Shown here one piece after another: positions 46,440 to 56,424 of a stretch of 64,000 bases of DNA. Source of the DNA: an uncultured Candidatus Saccharibacteria bacterium (GTDB lineage Bacteria > Patescibacteriota > Saccharimonadia > Saccharimonadales > UBA4665); NCBI GenBank assembly GCA_964508535.1, contig CAZDTZ010000001.1, positions 25,786 to 89,785 of the forward strand, given 5' to 3'. The translations under genes and the position numbers were made by a program. Position 1 is the first letter of the stretch, and each line of letters begins with the position of its first letter. The notes under the pieces were generated by a model. That model had not been told where the DNA came from and searched no databases. It saw only the letters and a list, made by a program, of their open reading frames with translations.

Positions 46440-47474
46440 TTATTGTAGTAACCTGCTTATTGCCTCAGGTATGGCCGCGAGCGGCATTACTTCGTCGGCC
46501 AAGCCCTTGTCTATCACCTCGCGGCCCATACCGTATACAGCACTGGTAGCTTCATCTTGGACGATCGTTGTCCCACCGGCTTCTTTTACTTGCAGCATGC
46601 CAGTTGAGCCGTCGGTGCCCATGCCAGTCAGAATGACGCCGATAGTTTTGCCTCCATAAACCTGAACGGCGGAGGACATGAGTTTGCTAATTGAGGGTGT
46701 CTCGATGTCGATTGTGTTTGGACGTACGTCAAAGGTGGCTTTGCCATGGCTATTTTTTACGGTTGTTGTCGTACTTCCCGCTGCAATGTATATCGTACCG
46801 GGCATAAGCGGCAGACCCTCCTTGGCTTGAGCGACGGCGACTGTGCAGGTTTTCTGTAGGCGGCCAACAAACAATTCGGTAAATTCTTTGGGCAAATGCT
46901 GTGCCACGACGACTGGACAGGGAAAATTTGAGGGTAGCTTTGGCAGCAAAAATTCTAAGGCAGCTGGGCCTCCAGTCGATGCGCCGATAACGACTATGCC
47001 ATCTGTTTTAACGTATTGCTGATTTTTGAGCGGCTGTATACTATCGCTGCGGGTTTTTGAGGTGTCAGCCATGGCTGCGGCCTTTACCTTTGTGCGCAGC
47101 ACATCCTTAACTTTGTCCATGTCCATGCTGAACGACCCCGAGGGCTTTACGATAAAATCTGCCGCTCCCAGGCTCAAGCATTCGAGGGTCATGTTTGCGC
47201 CTGGCTGTACGTAGCCAGAAACCATGACCACAGACGGGTGGTGTGCTTCACTGACAATTGCCTGTAGCGTCTCCACCCCATCCATAACAGGCATTTCAAC
47301 ATCCAGGGTGACTACATCCGGTCGGAGGAGCTTGATCTTTTGTAGCCCATCGACGCCGTCCTTAGCTTCGCCAACAACATCTATGTCAGCATCGGCTCGA
47401 AGGATGTCTCCAATAACTGTACGCATAAAAAAGCTGTCGTCGACAATTAATACGCGTATTTTTTTTGTGGTCAT
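46440..47474 (-). CDS. cheB: Chemotaxis methylesterase CheB (receiver plus esterase)
   Basis: IRVLIVDDS receiver domain; GASTGGP and HLP esterase motifs. The start is taken at the Met before TTKKIRV; the ORF-track start is 47570. Confidence 0.9.
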   Translation of the reverse strand: MTTKKIRVLIVDDSFFMRTVIGDILRADADIDVVGEAKDGVDGLQKIKLLRPDVVTLDVEMPVMDGVETLQAIVSEAHHPSVVMVSGYVQPGANMTLECLSLGAADFIVKPSGSFSMDMDKVKDVLRTKVKAAAMADTSKTRSDSIQPLKNQQYVKTDGIVVIGASTGGPAALEFLLPKLPSNFPCPVVVAQHLPKEFTELFVGRLQKTCTVAVAQAKEGLPLMPGTIYIAAGSTTTTVKNSHGKATFDVRPNTIDIETPSISKLMSSAVQVYGGKTIGVILTGMGTDGSTGMLQVKEAGGTTIVQDEATSAVYGMGREVIDKGLADEVMPLAAIPEAISRLLQ

Positions 47475-47481
47475 AGGAAAC

Positions 47482-47880
47482 CTAAGCGGTAGGTGCTGCC
47501 TCTGCCGGTGCTGCCGGTGCTGTGTCGGGGAAGAGCTTATTAAGTGAATCAATAACGAGTTTAGAGTCAAAAGGTTTTACGATGTAGTCCTTGGCTCCAA
47601 GCGATCTTGCTTGGTCGATGACGCCGTCCTGGCCCATGGACGACACGATTACCACCGACGGCGAGGCGAAGCCAATCTCTTTCAAAACGTCTATGCCGCT
47701 CTTGCCAGGCATAATGATGTCCAGTAGCACGAGATCTGGTTTGTCGGACTGACAGAGGGAGATGGCAGTATCGCCATTGTCTGCCTCGAGTACGGATGCC
47801 CCCACCCATTTGGACTGAGGGACTAGGTTTTTGAGGATAGTGCGCATGAACGCACTATCGTCTACGATTAAAATTTTCAT
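47482..47880 (-). CDS. cheY: Chemotaxis response regulator CheY
   Basis: [13 protein letters not shown] .. LVLLDIIMPGKSG .. YIVKPF. Confidence 0.9.
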   Translation of the reverse strand: MKILIVDDSAFMRTILKNLVPQSKWVGASVLEADNGDTAISLCQSDKPDLVLLDIIMPGKSGIDVLKEIGFASPSVVIVSSMGQDGVIDQARSLGAKDYIVKPFDSKLVIDSLNKLFPDTAPAAPAEAAPTA

Positions 47881-48434
47881 GATTGGCCTCCTTCGTTAGT
47901 TTGTGCTGGCTGAGCGGCATTTTGCGCCGCTTGTAGCTCGGTAATGTTGTTATCTGACAGTATTTTTTGCAGGTCCAAGATGAGCAGCATTCTTTCTGGG
48001 GCGTCAGCATGTACGTTGTCGGCCAGCAATATCACACCGCCCAGATATTCTGCTGATATCTTGCTCTTCACCGCCTCAGGCGTTGGCTTTATACTATCTG
48101 CTGGGATTTTTAAGACTTCTTTTACCTGGTCGACCAGCACACCAAACAAGACTTTTTGTTCGCTTTCGGCGATCATAATGTGTTGGCGGAGTTGCTCGTT
48201 TTCACGCTGTAAGTGAAATTTTTTTTCAAGGTCCAGCACCGCCAGTACTTTGCCTCGCAAGTTAGCTAGTCCCAATATGTAATCTGGTGCGCCAGGAACT
48301 GGAGTAATCTCGATGACCGGCGTAACCTCAGTAACCGACAAGATGGGTACTGCGTATTCGTCGTTGTCTAATACGAAGGCTACGAACTGGTCTAGCTGGA
48401 CGTGCTTCTGCGCGGTCTCATTGTTTGGGTTCAT
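47877..48434 (-). CDS. cheW: Chemotaxis coupling protein CheW
   Basis: [18 protein letters not shown] .. [15 protein letters not shown]. Confidence 0.9.
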   Translation of the reverse strand: MNPNNETAQKHVQLDQFVAFVLDNDEYAVPILSVTEVTPVIEITPVPGAPDYILGLANLRGKVLAVLDLEKKFHLQRENEQLRQHIMIAESEQKVLFGVLVDQVKEVLKIPADSIKPTPEAVKSKISAEYLGGVILLADNVHADAPERMLLILDLQKILSDNNITELQAAQNAAQPAQTNEGGQS

Positions 48435-50052
48435 CAGTTTGCCTCAGGTCGTTAGGCTCGTTAGAAGCAGCGTGCTCGGCGGCTAGCGCGTGCTGTTCGA
48501 TCTGGCGCGGTGTCGCAATTATGTCTAGTGTTGGCTTAGTGATATGACTCGGCATGGTTTCCGGTGCCGCTGTTGCGTGGTAGGCCGTGAGGTGATGAGC
48601 GGGTTTTACACTTGAGGGAACTTCGATTGGCGTCGATGAAAGGGGCTCCCTGCTTTTGCCACTAACTACTTTTTTGAGTTGGTCGGCCAGGCGTTGCAGA
48701 TCGGTAGATGCGGCCGCTACTTGTTGTGTTGCTGCCGAGGTTTGCTGCGTTGAAGCAGATAATTGTTGAGCTCCAGAAGCAGACTGTTCGGCGACCGATG
48801 CAATAGAATCCATTGTTCTGGCAACCTGGCTGATAACCGTTGATTGTTGATTAATGGCGCTTGCTACGTCACCAATCCTCAGTGACGACTTGCCGATGCT
48901 TTCAACAGTGATCGAGATATTACCGGCAATTTCTTTTACGATTTGTTGCACCTCACCTGCTGCTTTGGATGAAGAGTCGGCCAGTTTGCGAACTTCGTCA
49001 GCTACCACCGCAAAGCCCCGGCCCGCCTCGCCTGCTCTGGCTGCCTCGATAGCTGCGTTTAAGGCCAGTAGGTTAGTCTGCTCGGCCGTAGTGGTTACGA
49101 CTTCAACCATTTTGCTAATTTTTTCGGTTGATTCACCGGTTTGCTGGGCCAGCTTGGATGCCTGGGTTGTGTTGGCGCTTACGTCCTGGCTAGTAGTCGC
49201 CATTTGCCCGGCAGCCTGTGACATCTGGGTGAGCGCTTTTGAGATTTCTTCGGCTTGCTTCGACTGCTGGACGGCTCCGGCTGCCACTTGTTGTGCGATG
49301 GCGGCATTTTGTTGCGCCCCTGCCGAGGCCTGCTGAGTGGACGCAGAAAGTGCTAGGCTCAACTTGATGAGTTGCTCGACGGAATTTTTGATTGTGCTGG
49401 AGATCTGGCTGGCGCCCAACTTCATGAACCAGCCACTGGCTATACCCACTAGCAATGCCACTAACAGGCCTATGTATACAACTTTTTTAATGTTTGCAAA
49501 ATTATTATCAGACTGTGCAGCCGCTGCGGCAGTACTTTGTTGGTTGTAGTCGACTAATTTGGTTAGTGTTTGGGATGATTCGTCAAATAAAACATCGACC
49601 CGAGCGAGCATTTTAGAAACCTCTTGTGTCTTGTGCGCTTTGACGAGTGGCAAAATCTGCTGATGGACACTAGCGTATTCGGTCCATTGGGCGGCGAACG
49701 CTTGATACAGTTGTTGCTCTTTTGATGAGCTAACAAGCTGTTTATAAGCCGATTGGTCGTTGTTTATGGATGCCACCGCATCTTGCATGTTGCTTTCCAG
49801 GTCTTGTTGCTGGCCTGGGTCAGTGGCTTGTGCATAGCGTAATTCGTCGCTCGCAAGGTCGGCAATGTGCGTATTAATCTTACCAATGAGGATTGCGCTG
49901 GGCAGCCACTTGTTCTCAATCTCGCCCACTTTGTGGTTGGTACTATTGAGGGCAACAAGGCTAAACACCCCCTGAAAAATAGGAATTAACAACAACAAGC
50001 TGAGCCCCAGGAAAATTCTGCGCCCAATCGTCATATTTTTAAGCGAATTCAT
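48418..50052 (-). CDS. Methyl-accepting chemotaxis protein
   Basis: 2 TM helices flanking a helical ligand domain. Signalling hairpin [35 protein letters not shown]. Confidence 0.9.
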   Translation of the reverse strand: MNSLKNMTIGRRIFLGLSLLLLIPIFQGVFSLVALNSTNHKVGEIENKWLPSAILIGKINTHIADLASDELRYAQATDPGQQQDLESNMQDAVASINNDQSAYKQLVSSSKEQQLYQAFAAQWTEYASVHQQILPLVKAHKTQEVSKMLARVDVLFDESSQTLTKLVDYNQQSTAAAAAQSDNNFANIKKVVYIGLLVALLVGIASGWFMKLGASQISSTIKNSVEQLIKLSLALSASTQQASAGAQQNAAIAQQVAAGAVQQSKQAEEISKALTQMSQAAGQMATTSQDVSANTTQASKLAQQTGESTEKISKMVEVVTTTAEQTNLLALNAAIEAARAGEAGRGFAVVADEVRKLADSSSKAAGEVQQIVKEIAGNISITVESIGKSSLRIGDVASAINQQSTVISQVARTMDSIASVAEQSASGAQQLSASTQQTSAATQQVAAASTDLQRLADQLKKVVSGKSREPLSSTPIEVPSSVKPAHHLTAYHATAAPETMPSHITKPTLDIIATPRQIEQHALAAEHAASNEPNDLRQTDEPKQ

Positions 50053-50130
50053 ATGCCCACCATATTCATTATTACCTTAAGCATAGTAGGTAACGCCGAA
50101 ACACGCAACTCAAAAAGTAGTCGTGGCTCT

Positions 50131-51279
50131 TTAGTAAAGCGCGGTCAGTGGGCTGCCCAGGCCGGTAACTGTGTCGTAACTGGCTGTCGCCTTGCAAACG
50201 ACACCACAACTGCCATTCGTGCCAGCTGTTATATCACGAAAGAAGGATGAGCTATTACTCGCCTTGGCGTCTTGGTACAGCTGTGCGTTAAAGGCTGTGT
50301 TGCCCAGGGCCTTGATTGCTGCCCATTGCGGCGCGCCAGCACTTGTGCCGCCTACCTGGAACCAGCCAGATTGGCCTTGGTAGCTCGTGGAGTCGTAAAC
50401 GGCAACGCCGCTATTGGGGTCGGCATTGTAGGAGACATCAGGCACGGCACGCTTGCCGTTGGTGCCGGTAACGCCATATACCGATTGGAAGCTTGGCAAA
50501 GGTTCGTATGAGCTTATGCCACCGCCGCTGCCGCTCCAGGCGGTTTCGGAAACGAGCGTTTTAGTAGCAGATAAGTTGAGGGTAGTGCCGCCTACGGCAA
50601 TTACATTCGGCGATACAGCTGGCCACTCAGCGCCGCTGCCGCTGTCGCCTGATGCTGCAAAGAAGCTAACGCCGTGGTTGCTTGTAAAGCTCGTGTCGTT
50701 AATTGCCTCGGACGAGAATTCCCCACCGCCCCAACTCATGGAAACCGCTACGACATCCGCACGGTTACGAGCGTAAGTGACCGCATTGAGCAAATCAGTG
50801 CCACTGGCCGATCTTGCTTCCACGAGCAGAACTTTAGCCCCCGGCGCAATCGCGTGTGCCCATTGTGTATCAAGTGAGGCTTCGAGCGCCCAACCAGTAT
50901 TGGCCTTGATACGTGGCGCCATAGCGTGTTTCTCGAAACAAGGGTTGGCCGTGCTGCACTGCGGCAGGCCATATTGTGTGCTAAAAACATTGAGGTCGTT
51001 TTGGACAGTCGGGCTGTCGTATGCGTCAACGATCGCGATTGTGCCGCTACCCGTTCCGGCACCGTTCAAATTATAGATCGCTTTAATAGTGGCCGGGTCC
51101 AACCCGACTGGCCCACCTGCTGAGTGGCGGTTAATGTGCATGGGCAGATGTCCCTCAAAGCTGTCCAGCGGCTTTGCTGCTAAAACGCTAGACGAGGCAA
51201 AAAGCGTTGCGGCTCCAACGACAGTCACCAGTGCCAAGATTGAGAATCCATAGAAGAAGGTGCGTTTGTTGCGAAGCAT
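50131..51279 (-). CDS. Secreted S8/S53 (sedolisin-like) serine peptidase
   Basis: Signal peptide; IAIVDAYD; GGTSAGAPQWAA catalytic Ser motif. Confidence 0.8.
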   Translation of the reverse strand: MLRNKRTFFYGFSILALVTVVGAATLFASSSVLAAKPLDSFEGHLPMHINRHSAGGPVGLDPATIKAIYNLNGAGTGSGTIAIVDAYDSPTVQNDLNVFSTQYGLPQCSTANPCFEKHAMAPRIKANTGWALEASLDTQWAHAIAPGAKVLLVEARSASGTDLLNAVTYARNRADVVAVSMSWGGGEFSSEAINDTSFTSNHGVSFFAASGDSGSGAEWPAVSPNVIAVGGTTLNLSATKTLVSETAWSGSGGGISSYEPLPSFQSVYGVTGTNGKRAVPDVSYNADPNSGVAVYDSTSYQGQSGWFQVGGTSAGAPQWAAIKALGNTAFNAQLYQDAKASNSSSFFRDITAGTNGSCGVVCKATASYDTVTGLGSPLTALY

Positions 51280-51324
51280 GAAGAGTCCTTTTTTAAATCT
51301 GTAATAAGCATAAGTATACTCTTA

Positions 51325-52374
51325 TTACCATGAGTTGACTTTATCAGAGGGCACACGAAGCAAAGGGGCTGTAAGGGCTCCGGTCTCGCGGTATATTCGC
51401 CTTAGTGTCGTCTCAAGAACTGAAAAAACAGGTGTCCAGGCGCCTTTAAAAGGCGTTTTTTGAAAGATAACCGGACATCCTCGATGGTTGTGGGTTGCTA
51501 CAGCTGGGATCTGTTCTTGGATGCGGTCTTCTATTGCGTCCATGTCAAAACCCACATACGGCCGCTGGCGCTCGTCTTTGCCGACACTACCAACTTTAAG
51601 GTAGTTTGTATTGTACCGAGAGCGCTTTCTGTCGTACAAAAAACCATCACTCGCCAGGTTGAAGCCCAGTATGTCCAAGAGCGCCGGGTGGCGTAGCATG
51701 GGCAGGCTGCTAGCGAGCAGCTCATCCTTTTCTCCCGGCGCTTCTATACCAAGTGTCGCCTCTCCAATATGAAGTGCGGCATTGGCAAACCAAGCGGCAT
51801 CAAGGTGCGAACCCCCATGCGGTAGTTCTGCGGCCGGCGGTGTCCGCAGGAAGAAGGGCTTGTGGATCGCGTCAATTATAGAGAGTGCGCCGGCACTTTG
51901 ACGTAGTTTGGTGTAATCACCTATATCCGCAGCTTGCTGAAAACGGTCGCGCATGTTTTCGCGCGGCTCCGTGTACCAGTCTACGAACACGTGCCAAAGT
52001 CCGCCTTCAAAAAATATTCTTCGGAAGTTAGCAGGCTTTGCCTGGTTGCCGTAGGCTTTAGTAATTGCCGCGTTCCAACGCCTGATGCTTTCTGGAACAT
52101 TGTCCCCGCGCCGAAGTTGTAACCGTTCGCTCGCAGGTCCGTAGGCATTGGCGTAAAAGCCGCTGGAAAAAGCATGCATGGCGTCGGCTAAGGCGGTCGG
52201 ACTGCCGTCTGCCTCTATCTGGGCGGTTCCTCCGATAACAGGAAGTGGAGCAAACAGTTTTCGATCCAGAACTGCACTGCCAGCGCAAACTGCCGTGGCA
52301 TTGAGCATTTGCTTGTGCGTGAGCGCATAGCGGTTGTGTGCTGCATCGCGCTGGACGTCTTCTAGGTAGGGCAT
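51325..52374 (-). CDS. Hypothetical protein
   Basis: 349-aa ORF from the ATG at 52374 (TTG alternative at 52410); no motifs recognised. Confidence 0.5.
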   Translation of the reverse strand: MPYLEDVQRDAAHNRYALTHKQMLNATAVCAGSAVLDRKLFAPLPVIGGTAQIEADGSPTALADAMHAFSSGFYANAYGPASERLQLRRGDNVPESIRRWNAAITKAYGNQAKPANFRRIFFEGGLWHVFVDWYTEPRENMRDRFQQAADIGDYTKLRQSAGALSIIDAIHKPFFLRTPPAAELPHGGSHLDAAWFANAALHIGEATLGIEAPGEKDELLASSLPMLRHPALLDILGFNLASDGFLYDRKRSRYNTNYLKVGSVGKDERQRPYVGFDMDAIEDRIQEQIPAVATHNHRGCPVIFQKTPFKGAWTPVFSVLETTLRRIYRETGALTAPLLRVPSDKVNSW

Positions 52375-52581
52375 GTGCGCTACTTTAAAATAAACTTTTA
52401 GACGTTGCAACTATGCTGATGTTCGCGTGCTATTCGTGAGTAAGGTTTATCGCAATTACCACATTTTTGTCATCCGGGAAACGTATTTTTTTACACGCCC
52501 TCTGCTAAACATTTCGTAGTTGTTTTTCTACGGTTCGCTATGTTTAGGGCATACTCAATTTTAGTCATTCGGGAGGGTGAA

Positions 52582-53136
52582 ATGGCGACGAAGCAAGAAA
52601 AAGTACTCAAAAGTGCAGTTACTCGCGAGAAAAACAAAGGCAAAGTGCGTGAAGAAAAACACGTTCTTTGGCTCCTTGTAGCGATTATTTTGTTACTACT
52701 GTACTTGCTGTTCGCACAGCATGCAGGGTGGTGGCCATACTCACGGCCGAAATTGGGTAGCGCCTTCTATACTAACGTCGCTGCTGGTACTACTAGCCCG
52801 GCTAAGGCAAGTACATCTGGTGGGGCAAACAGCGGTAGCGGCAGCGGATCCAGCACGGGTTCTGATACAAATACCGGCGACGGAACATCTACTCCGCCTG
52901 CTAGTTCCGGTTCCGGCTCAATTGCCGACTTTGCGGCTAACCTCAATGTCGGAAATACAAAATCACAGGTAAGCGGCACAGCCAACAACCTGGGTCAGGG
53001 TTGCGCGGTGCTCCTAGACGCCAACGCGCAAACTGCCGGCAAGCAAGAAGTCTGCACCTATTCACAAGGCGATAAAATCGTTACGGTCACCTACCTCAAC
53101 GACCGAGTAATCAGCGCCTCGAAGAGCGGCTTCTAG
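52582..53136 (+). CDS. Membrane-anchored Ser/Gly-rich protein with small C-terminal globular domain
   Basis: GGGAGGG SD before the ATG at 52582; one TM; low-complexity SGS linker. Confidence 0.55.
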   Translation: MATKQEKVLKSAVTREKNKGKVREEKHVLWLLVAIILLLLYLLFAQHAGWWPYSRPKLGSAFYTNVAAGTTSPAKASTSGGANSGSGSGSSTGSDTNTGDGTSTPPASSGSGSIADFAANLNVGNTKSQVSGTANNLGQGCAVLLDANAQTAGKQEVCTYSQGDKIVTVTYLNDRVISASKSGF

Positions 53137-53169
53137 CCGGGCGGCGCGATGCCGCAATAAACTACTTAC

Positions 53170-53967
53170 TTATCTTGGCAGGCTGAAGGGGTCGACATAT
53201 TCGGTCGGCCCTTTCTCTGGGAGCTGCCCTATTAACCTATCGCCCAGCAGGTTGCCCATGAAAGCATCATCGACGAGCTGGCGGTGAGATGGGTAGTGGT
53301 CGAGATGCCAGGACGTCACCTTGCGTAAGTGCAATACGGTTTCTTGAGATATTCCAACACCAGCCAACTGTTCGGCATCGCTTGCCGCAATTGCGTCAGT
53401 GAATGAGCGCGCAGCATATGAAGCGGTGCTTTGCACTGACTCCGGAGGTAAACCGAGGGGATCAGCTACATAGGCATAGTGAAGCAGATGGCTGTTATAG
53501 TTGGCGGTGTATAGCCCGTACGTTGCTGGCTCAGTTGATTTTCCACGGCTGCCACGGTTGGCGGAGCGCAAGTCGCGTCCAAATATCATATTTCCTAGGT
53601 GTAAAGCGCGTATGTGCACCGCCTCTGGCGAGACCGGCCCTACGGCAACAGCTTCCCGTAGCCAGCCCATAGACTCTCGTGCCACGCGCCTGTCGCTTGG
53701 CGAATCACTGGTAAGCCCGTGCAGATCGCTGGCGGCAAAGCCGCCGATGCGCTTGGCAACAGTTTCGTAAAGATCAAACTGGTTGGGTTTCTGCAGGCGT
53801 CTACGGATAGCGGAACTGACATCTGGGTTCATAACCGCAAATAAGTGCAATGCATGTTGCTGTGTCATTTCACCGCCTTGGGAGACGCCCAGGGCGTCAA
53901 AAATAATCGAACGAATACGTTCGTCGATACTGCCAAACGTTTGGCCAGGAGCACGTCCAGGAAGCAT
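53170..53967 (-). CDS. Hypothetical protein
   Basis: 265-aa ORF; no motifs recognised. Confidence 0.5.
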   Translation of the reverse strand: MLPGRAPGQTFGSIDERIRSIIFDALGVSQGGEMTQQHALHLFAVMNPDVSSAIRRRLQKPNQFDLYETVAKRIGGFAASDLHGLTSDSPSDRRVARESMGWLREAVAVGPVSPEAVHIRALHLGNMIFGRDLRSANRGSRGKSTEPATYGLYTANYNSHLLHYAYVADPLGLPPESVQSTASYAARSFTDAIAASDAEQLAGVGISQETVLHLRKVTSWHLDHYPSHRQLVDDAFMGNLLGDRLIGQLPEKGPTEYVDPFSLPR

Positions 53968-54037
53968 GTGCAGTATTATACAATATTAGCGATCATATCG
54001 CAAAGAAGCTTGATCTGTTCAACGCTTTCCGGCTGTT

Positions 54038-55225
54038 CTAGCGGATTGGCCTTTGGAGGTCAACGCCGTAGGAAAGGTTGGCGGCGTCAACAAACGTGTC
54101 CTTATCGCGGATGATGGCTTGAGCCGGTAACTGCTCGGTACGAGGACCGATATCCTTCATACGTTTGACTGCCGTACCGATTGCCAAAAATTCAATGACT
54201 CCGCCGCCCAAATCATAGATATATGTCTTTATGCCCAGTACGTCGTCGGCGCCAATGGCCTCGGCTTGCTGCTGGACTTTTAACAAAGACTGTTCGCGCG
54301 CGCCATAGATCAATTCTGAGAGTTCTTTAATCTCACCTTTTACAAAGTTGCGGAGCGCGGCTTTAATGCCTCCGGCCAGGCCGAGCGAATAGACGGATGT
54401 GCCAAGAATTAGTTTTAGTGGGGCGTACCCCAGCTTAGCAACGCTCCACATTTCCTCGGCCGTTAAGTCGCTCGTTGTTACGCCGCCGACGGTAGCGGCA
54501 ATGCCATCGAGTTTAGGGTTTTTGGACGCAGTGCCAAGCATGACCATCTCTTGTACGCCCGAAGCGCCAAGTGGCAGAATGCTTGTGCGGATGCCGACCA
54601 CACTATTAGCGCCTTTAGCCAAAGCCTCTTGCTGCAGACGCTGGAGGGCGAGGTTGCGCGTCGTATTAAAGATTTCACTGTACTGGGTGACTTCCCCCTT
54701 GGCGAGTTGCCGGAATGCACCTGCAATGCCCCTGCCGATACCGATAGAGTACGCCACGTTTCCAAATACAAAACTGACTGGCGTATAACCAACATCCCAT
54801 TGACAGAACAGTTCTTGGCCGTCGGCGGAGGTAGAAAAGCTGTCTTCGGGCTGTCCGTCCTCTCGGTGGATGGTCGAGCCAACCGTCAAAAATTCGACAT
54901 TCCCGGGGTGAAAAATGAGTTCGCTGGTGACGCCTGTGGCGCCCGAACCACCGGTTTGCTGGAGTTCTGCGTCGAACCGCTCTAGCGACAGCCGACGACC
55001 TTGGTAAATCATATTGGTGTACTGCGTAATCTCGCCACCGGCAATGGTACGAAGGCTCGAGCCAATACCACCCAAAAAGCCCATCGAGAAAACGCTATTG
55101 CCGACCAACAAATTACCGGGTGTGTAGCCGAGGAGGCTGACGCAATACATCTCATTTCCGGACAGACCGGAGAAGCGTGTATCTTTTGATGCTGTAGGAG
55201 TTGGTGTCGGAGTTTGTGGAGGCAT
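54038..55225 (-). CDS. Protein with three tandem YbjQ/UPF0145 (DUF74) domains
   Basis: Three repeats start at SGNEMYCVSLLGYTPGN, DGQELFCQWDVGYTPVS and TAEEMWSVAKLGYAPLK. Each continues with G(G/A)E(I/V)T/K .. GA(D/N)xV(L/V)GI, as in YbjQ. Confidence 0.75.
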   Translation of the reverse strand: MPPQTPTPTPTASKDTRFSGLSGNEMYCVSLLGYTPGNLLVGNSVFSMGFLGGIGSSLRTIAGGEITQYTNMIYQGRRLSLERFDAELQQTGGSGATGVTSELIFHPGNVEFLTVGSTIHREDGQPEDSFSTSADGQELFCQWDVGYTPVSFVFGNVAYSIGIGRGIAGAFRQLAKGEVTQYSEIFNTTRNLALQRLQQEALAKGANSVVGIRTSILPLGASGVQEMVMLGTASKNPKLDGIAATVGGVTTSDLTAEEMWSVAKLGYAPLKLILGTSVYSLGLAGGIKAALRNFVKGEIKELSELIYGAREQSLLKVQQQAEAIGADDVLGIKTYIYDLGGGVIEFLAIGTAVKRMKDIGPRTEQLPAQAIIRDKDTFVDAANLSYGVDLQRPIR

Positions 55226-55271
55226 AGGGTCCTTCTAAGGGTTAATGGTAAAGAGTTGATTACTTTTGCTT

Positions 55272-55706
55272 TTAGGACTTTGCTTGCAAGATTGAGAAGC
55301 GGTTGCCCTCGGTGTCCATTGCCGAGATCCATAAGCCAACGCCGGGGATCATCTGTGGCTCCATGGTGTGCTCGCCTTTTTCGCTGAGGCCGCCGAGGAT
55401 TTTTCCGCCCGCTGCTTCTACGGCTTTCATGGCTTCCTGGACGTCGTCGACAGAGACAACCACAGACGGAGCCTGGCTCAGCGGGTCGTCAGTTTTTTGG
55501 TAAAACCCACCGTTGATCGCCCCTTTCGTTTGGACCATGCCCTTTTCATCGGTTTCGGCCGTGTGTGCTACCACATAGTTGCCCATGCCAGGCCCCATCT
55601 GCTGGGTTTTCCAGCCAAAGGCGGTTTCGTAAAATTTGACCATGCGGGCTCGGTCTTTGTACCCCATTTCGAAATGCACGACTGGATTCATTTTGCTCAT
55701 AAACAC
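55272..55706 (-). CDS. VOC/glyoxalase-family protein
   Basis: VVHFEMGYKDRARMVKFYETAFGW pattern; 144 aa. Confidence 0.8.
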   Translation of the reverse strand: MFMSKMNPVVHFEMGYKDRARMVKFYETAFGWKTQQMGPGMGNYVVAHTAETDEKGMVQTKGAINGGFYQKTDDPLSQAPSVVVSVDDVQEAMKAVEAAGGKILGGLSEKGEHTMEPQMIPGVGLWISAMDTEGNRFSILQAKS

Positions 55707-55767
55707 CCCTCTTTTAAATTCACATTATCTTTTTATAATACAGCACTTTCGTGACCATGCTTATGCA

Positions 55768-55796
55768 TTGACAACAAGTTATAATATCTTTATAAT
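55768..55796 (+). promoter_or_regulatory. Consensus sigma70 promoter TTGACA-17-TATAAT, 7 nt before the antitoxin ATG (likely leaderless mRNA)
   Basis: TTGACA 55768-55773, TATAAT 55791-55796, ATG 55804; no SD. Confidence 0.55.
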
Positions 55797-55803
55797 TAGC
55801 CAT

Positions 55804-56022
55804 ATGATTGAAACGACTCAAAAACTTATACAAATCGGCTCAAGCGAAGGCGTGACTTTGTCCAAAAAAGACATCGCACGGCTGGGCGCAAAGCGTGGAG
55901 ATACGTTAAAGATACAGGTTGAGCTGGTCAAAAAACCTGGCAAGCATGAAGCCTTGCTCCACGAGTACGACCTATTTGTCGAGAAGTATGGCCAGACTTT
56001 AAAAAATCTTGCTGACCGATGA
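55804..56022 (+). CDS. AbrB/SpoVT-type antitoxin of the Doc module
   Basis: 72 aa; IQIGSSEGVTLSKKDIARLG; 4-nt overlap with doc. Confidence 0.75.
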   Translation: MIETTQKLIQIGSSEGVTLSKKDIARLGAKRGDTLKIQVELVKKPGKHEALLHEYDLFVEKYGQTLKNLADR

Positions 56023-56402
56023 GCCTACTCTATCTTAGTGTAGAGGAAATATTACGCCTGCACTTCCAAATTATTGAAGATTTTGGCGGTTCGCACGGCG
56101 TGCGTGACGAAGGTCGCTTAAAGTCTGTTGTCGAGGCGCCAAGGCAGCAAGTCTTTGGCGAAGAACAATACCCAACACTTTACGAAAAGGCAGCAGTGTA
56201 TTTGCGTAACATCATTGGCGACCATCCTTTCAGCGACGGTAATAAGCGAACTGCAGTAACTATTTGCGGGATATTTTTGGCTCGTAACAGTAAGGGTCTT
56301 ATTGCTGCCCCGCAAGATCTGGAAGATTTTGCCGTAAAAGTAGCGACAGATCATCTGGGCGTCGCTGAAATTGCCGCCTGGCTGGAAGACCACACGAGAT
56401 AA
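56019..56402 (+). CDS. doc: Fic/Doc family death-on-curing toxin
   Basis: Fic motif HPFSDGNKRTA. Confidence 0.9.
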   Translation: MSLLYLSVEEILRLHFQIIEDFGGSHGVRDEGRLKSVVEAPRQQVFGEEQYPTLYEKAAVYLRNIIGDHPFSDGNKRTAVTICGIFLARNSKGLIAAPQDLEDFAVKVATDHLGVAEIAAWLEDHTR

Positions 56403-56424
56403 TTTTTTTGTTATCATGTAGATA

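Noticed and set aside
47475-47570. His/Arg/Gln-rich N-terminal extension of the CheB ORF. Similar 5' extensions occur on the nrdB (32466-32531), small nrd ORF (32701-32733) and membrane-protein (43327-43377) ORFs.
   Set aside because: The extensions overlap the upstream genes and lack SDs. Internal ATGs with SD-like sequences give products that begin at the conserved domain boundaries.
52790-52930. Ser/Gly-rich repetitive coding stretch
   Set aside because: It is a low-complexity linker of a membrane-anchored protein. There is no nucleotide-level periodic repeat suggestive of a CRISPR or contingency locus.
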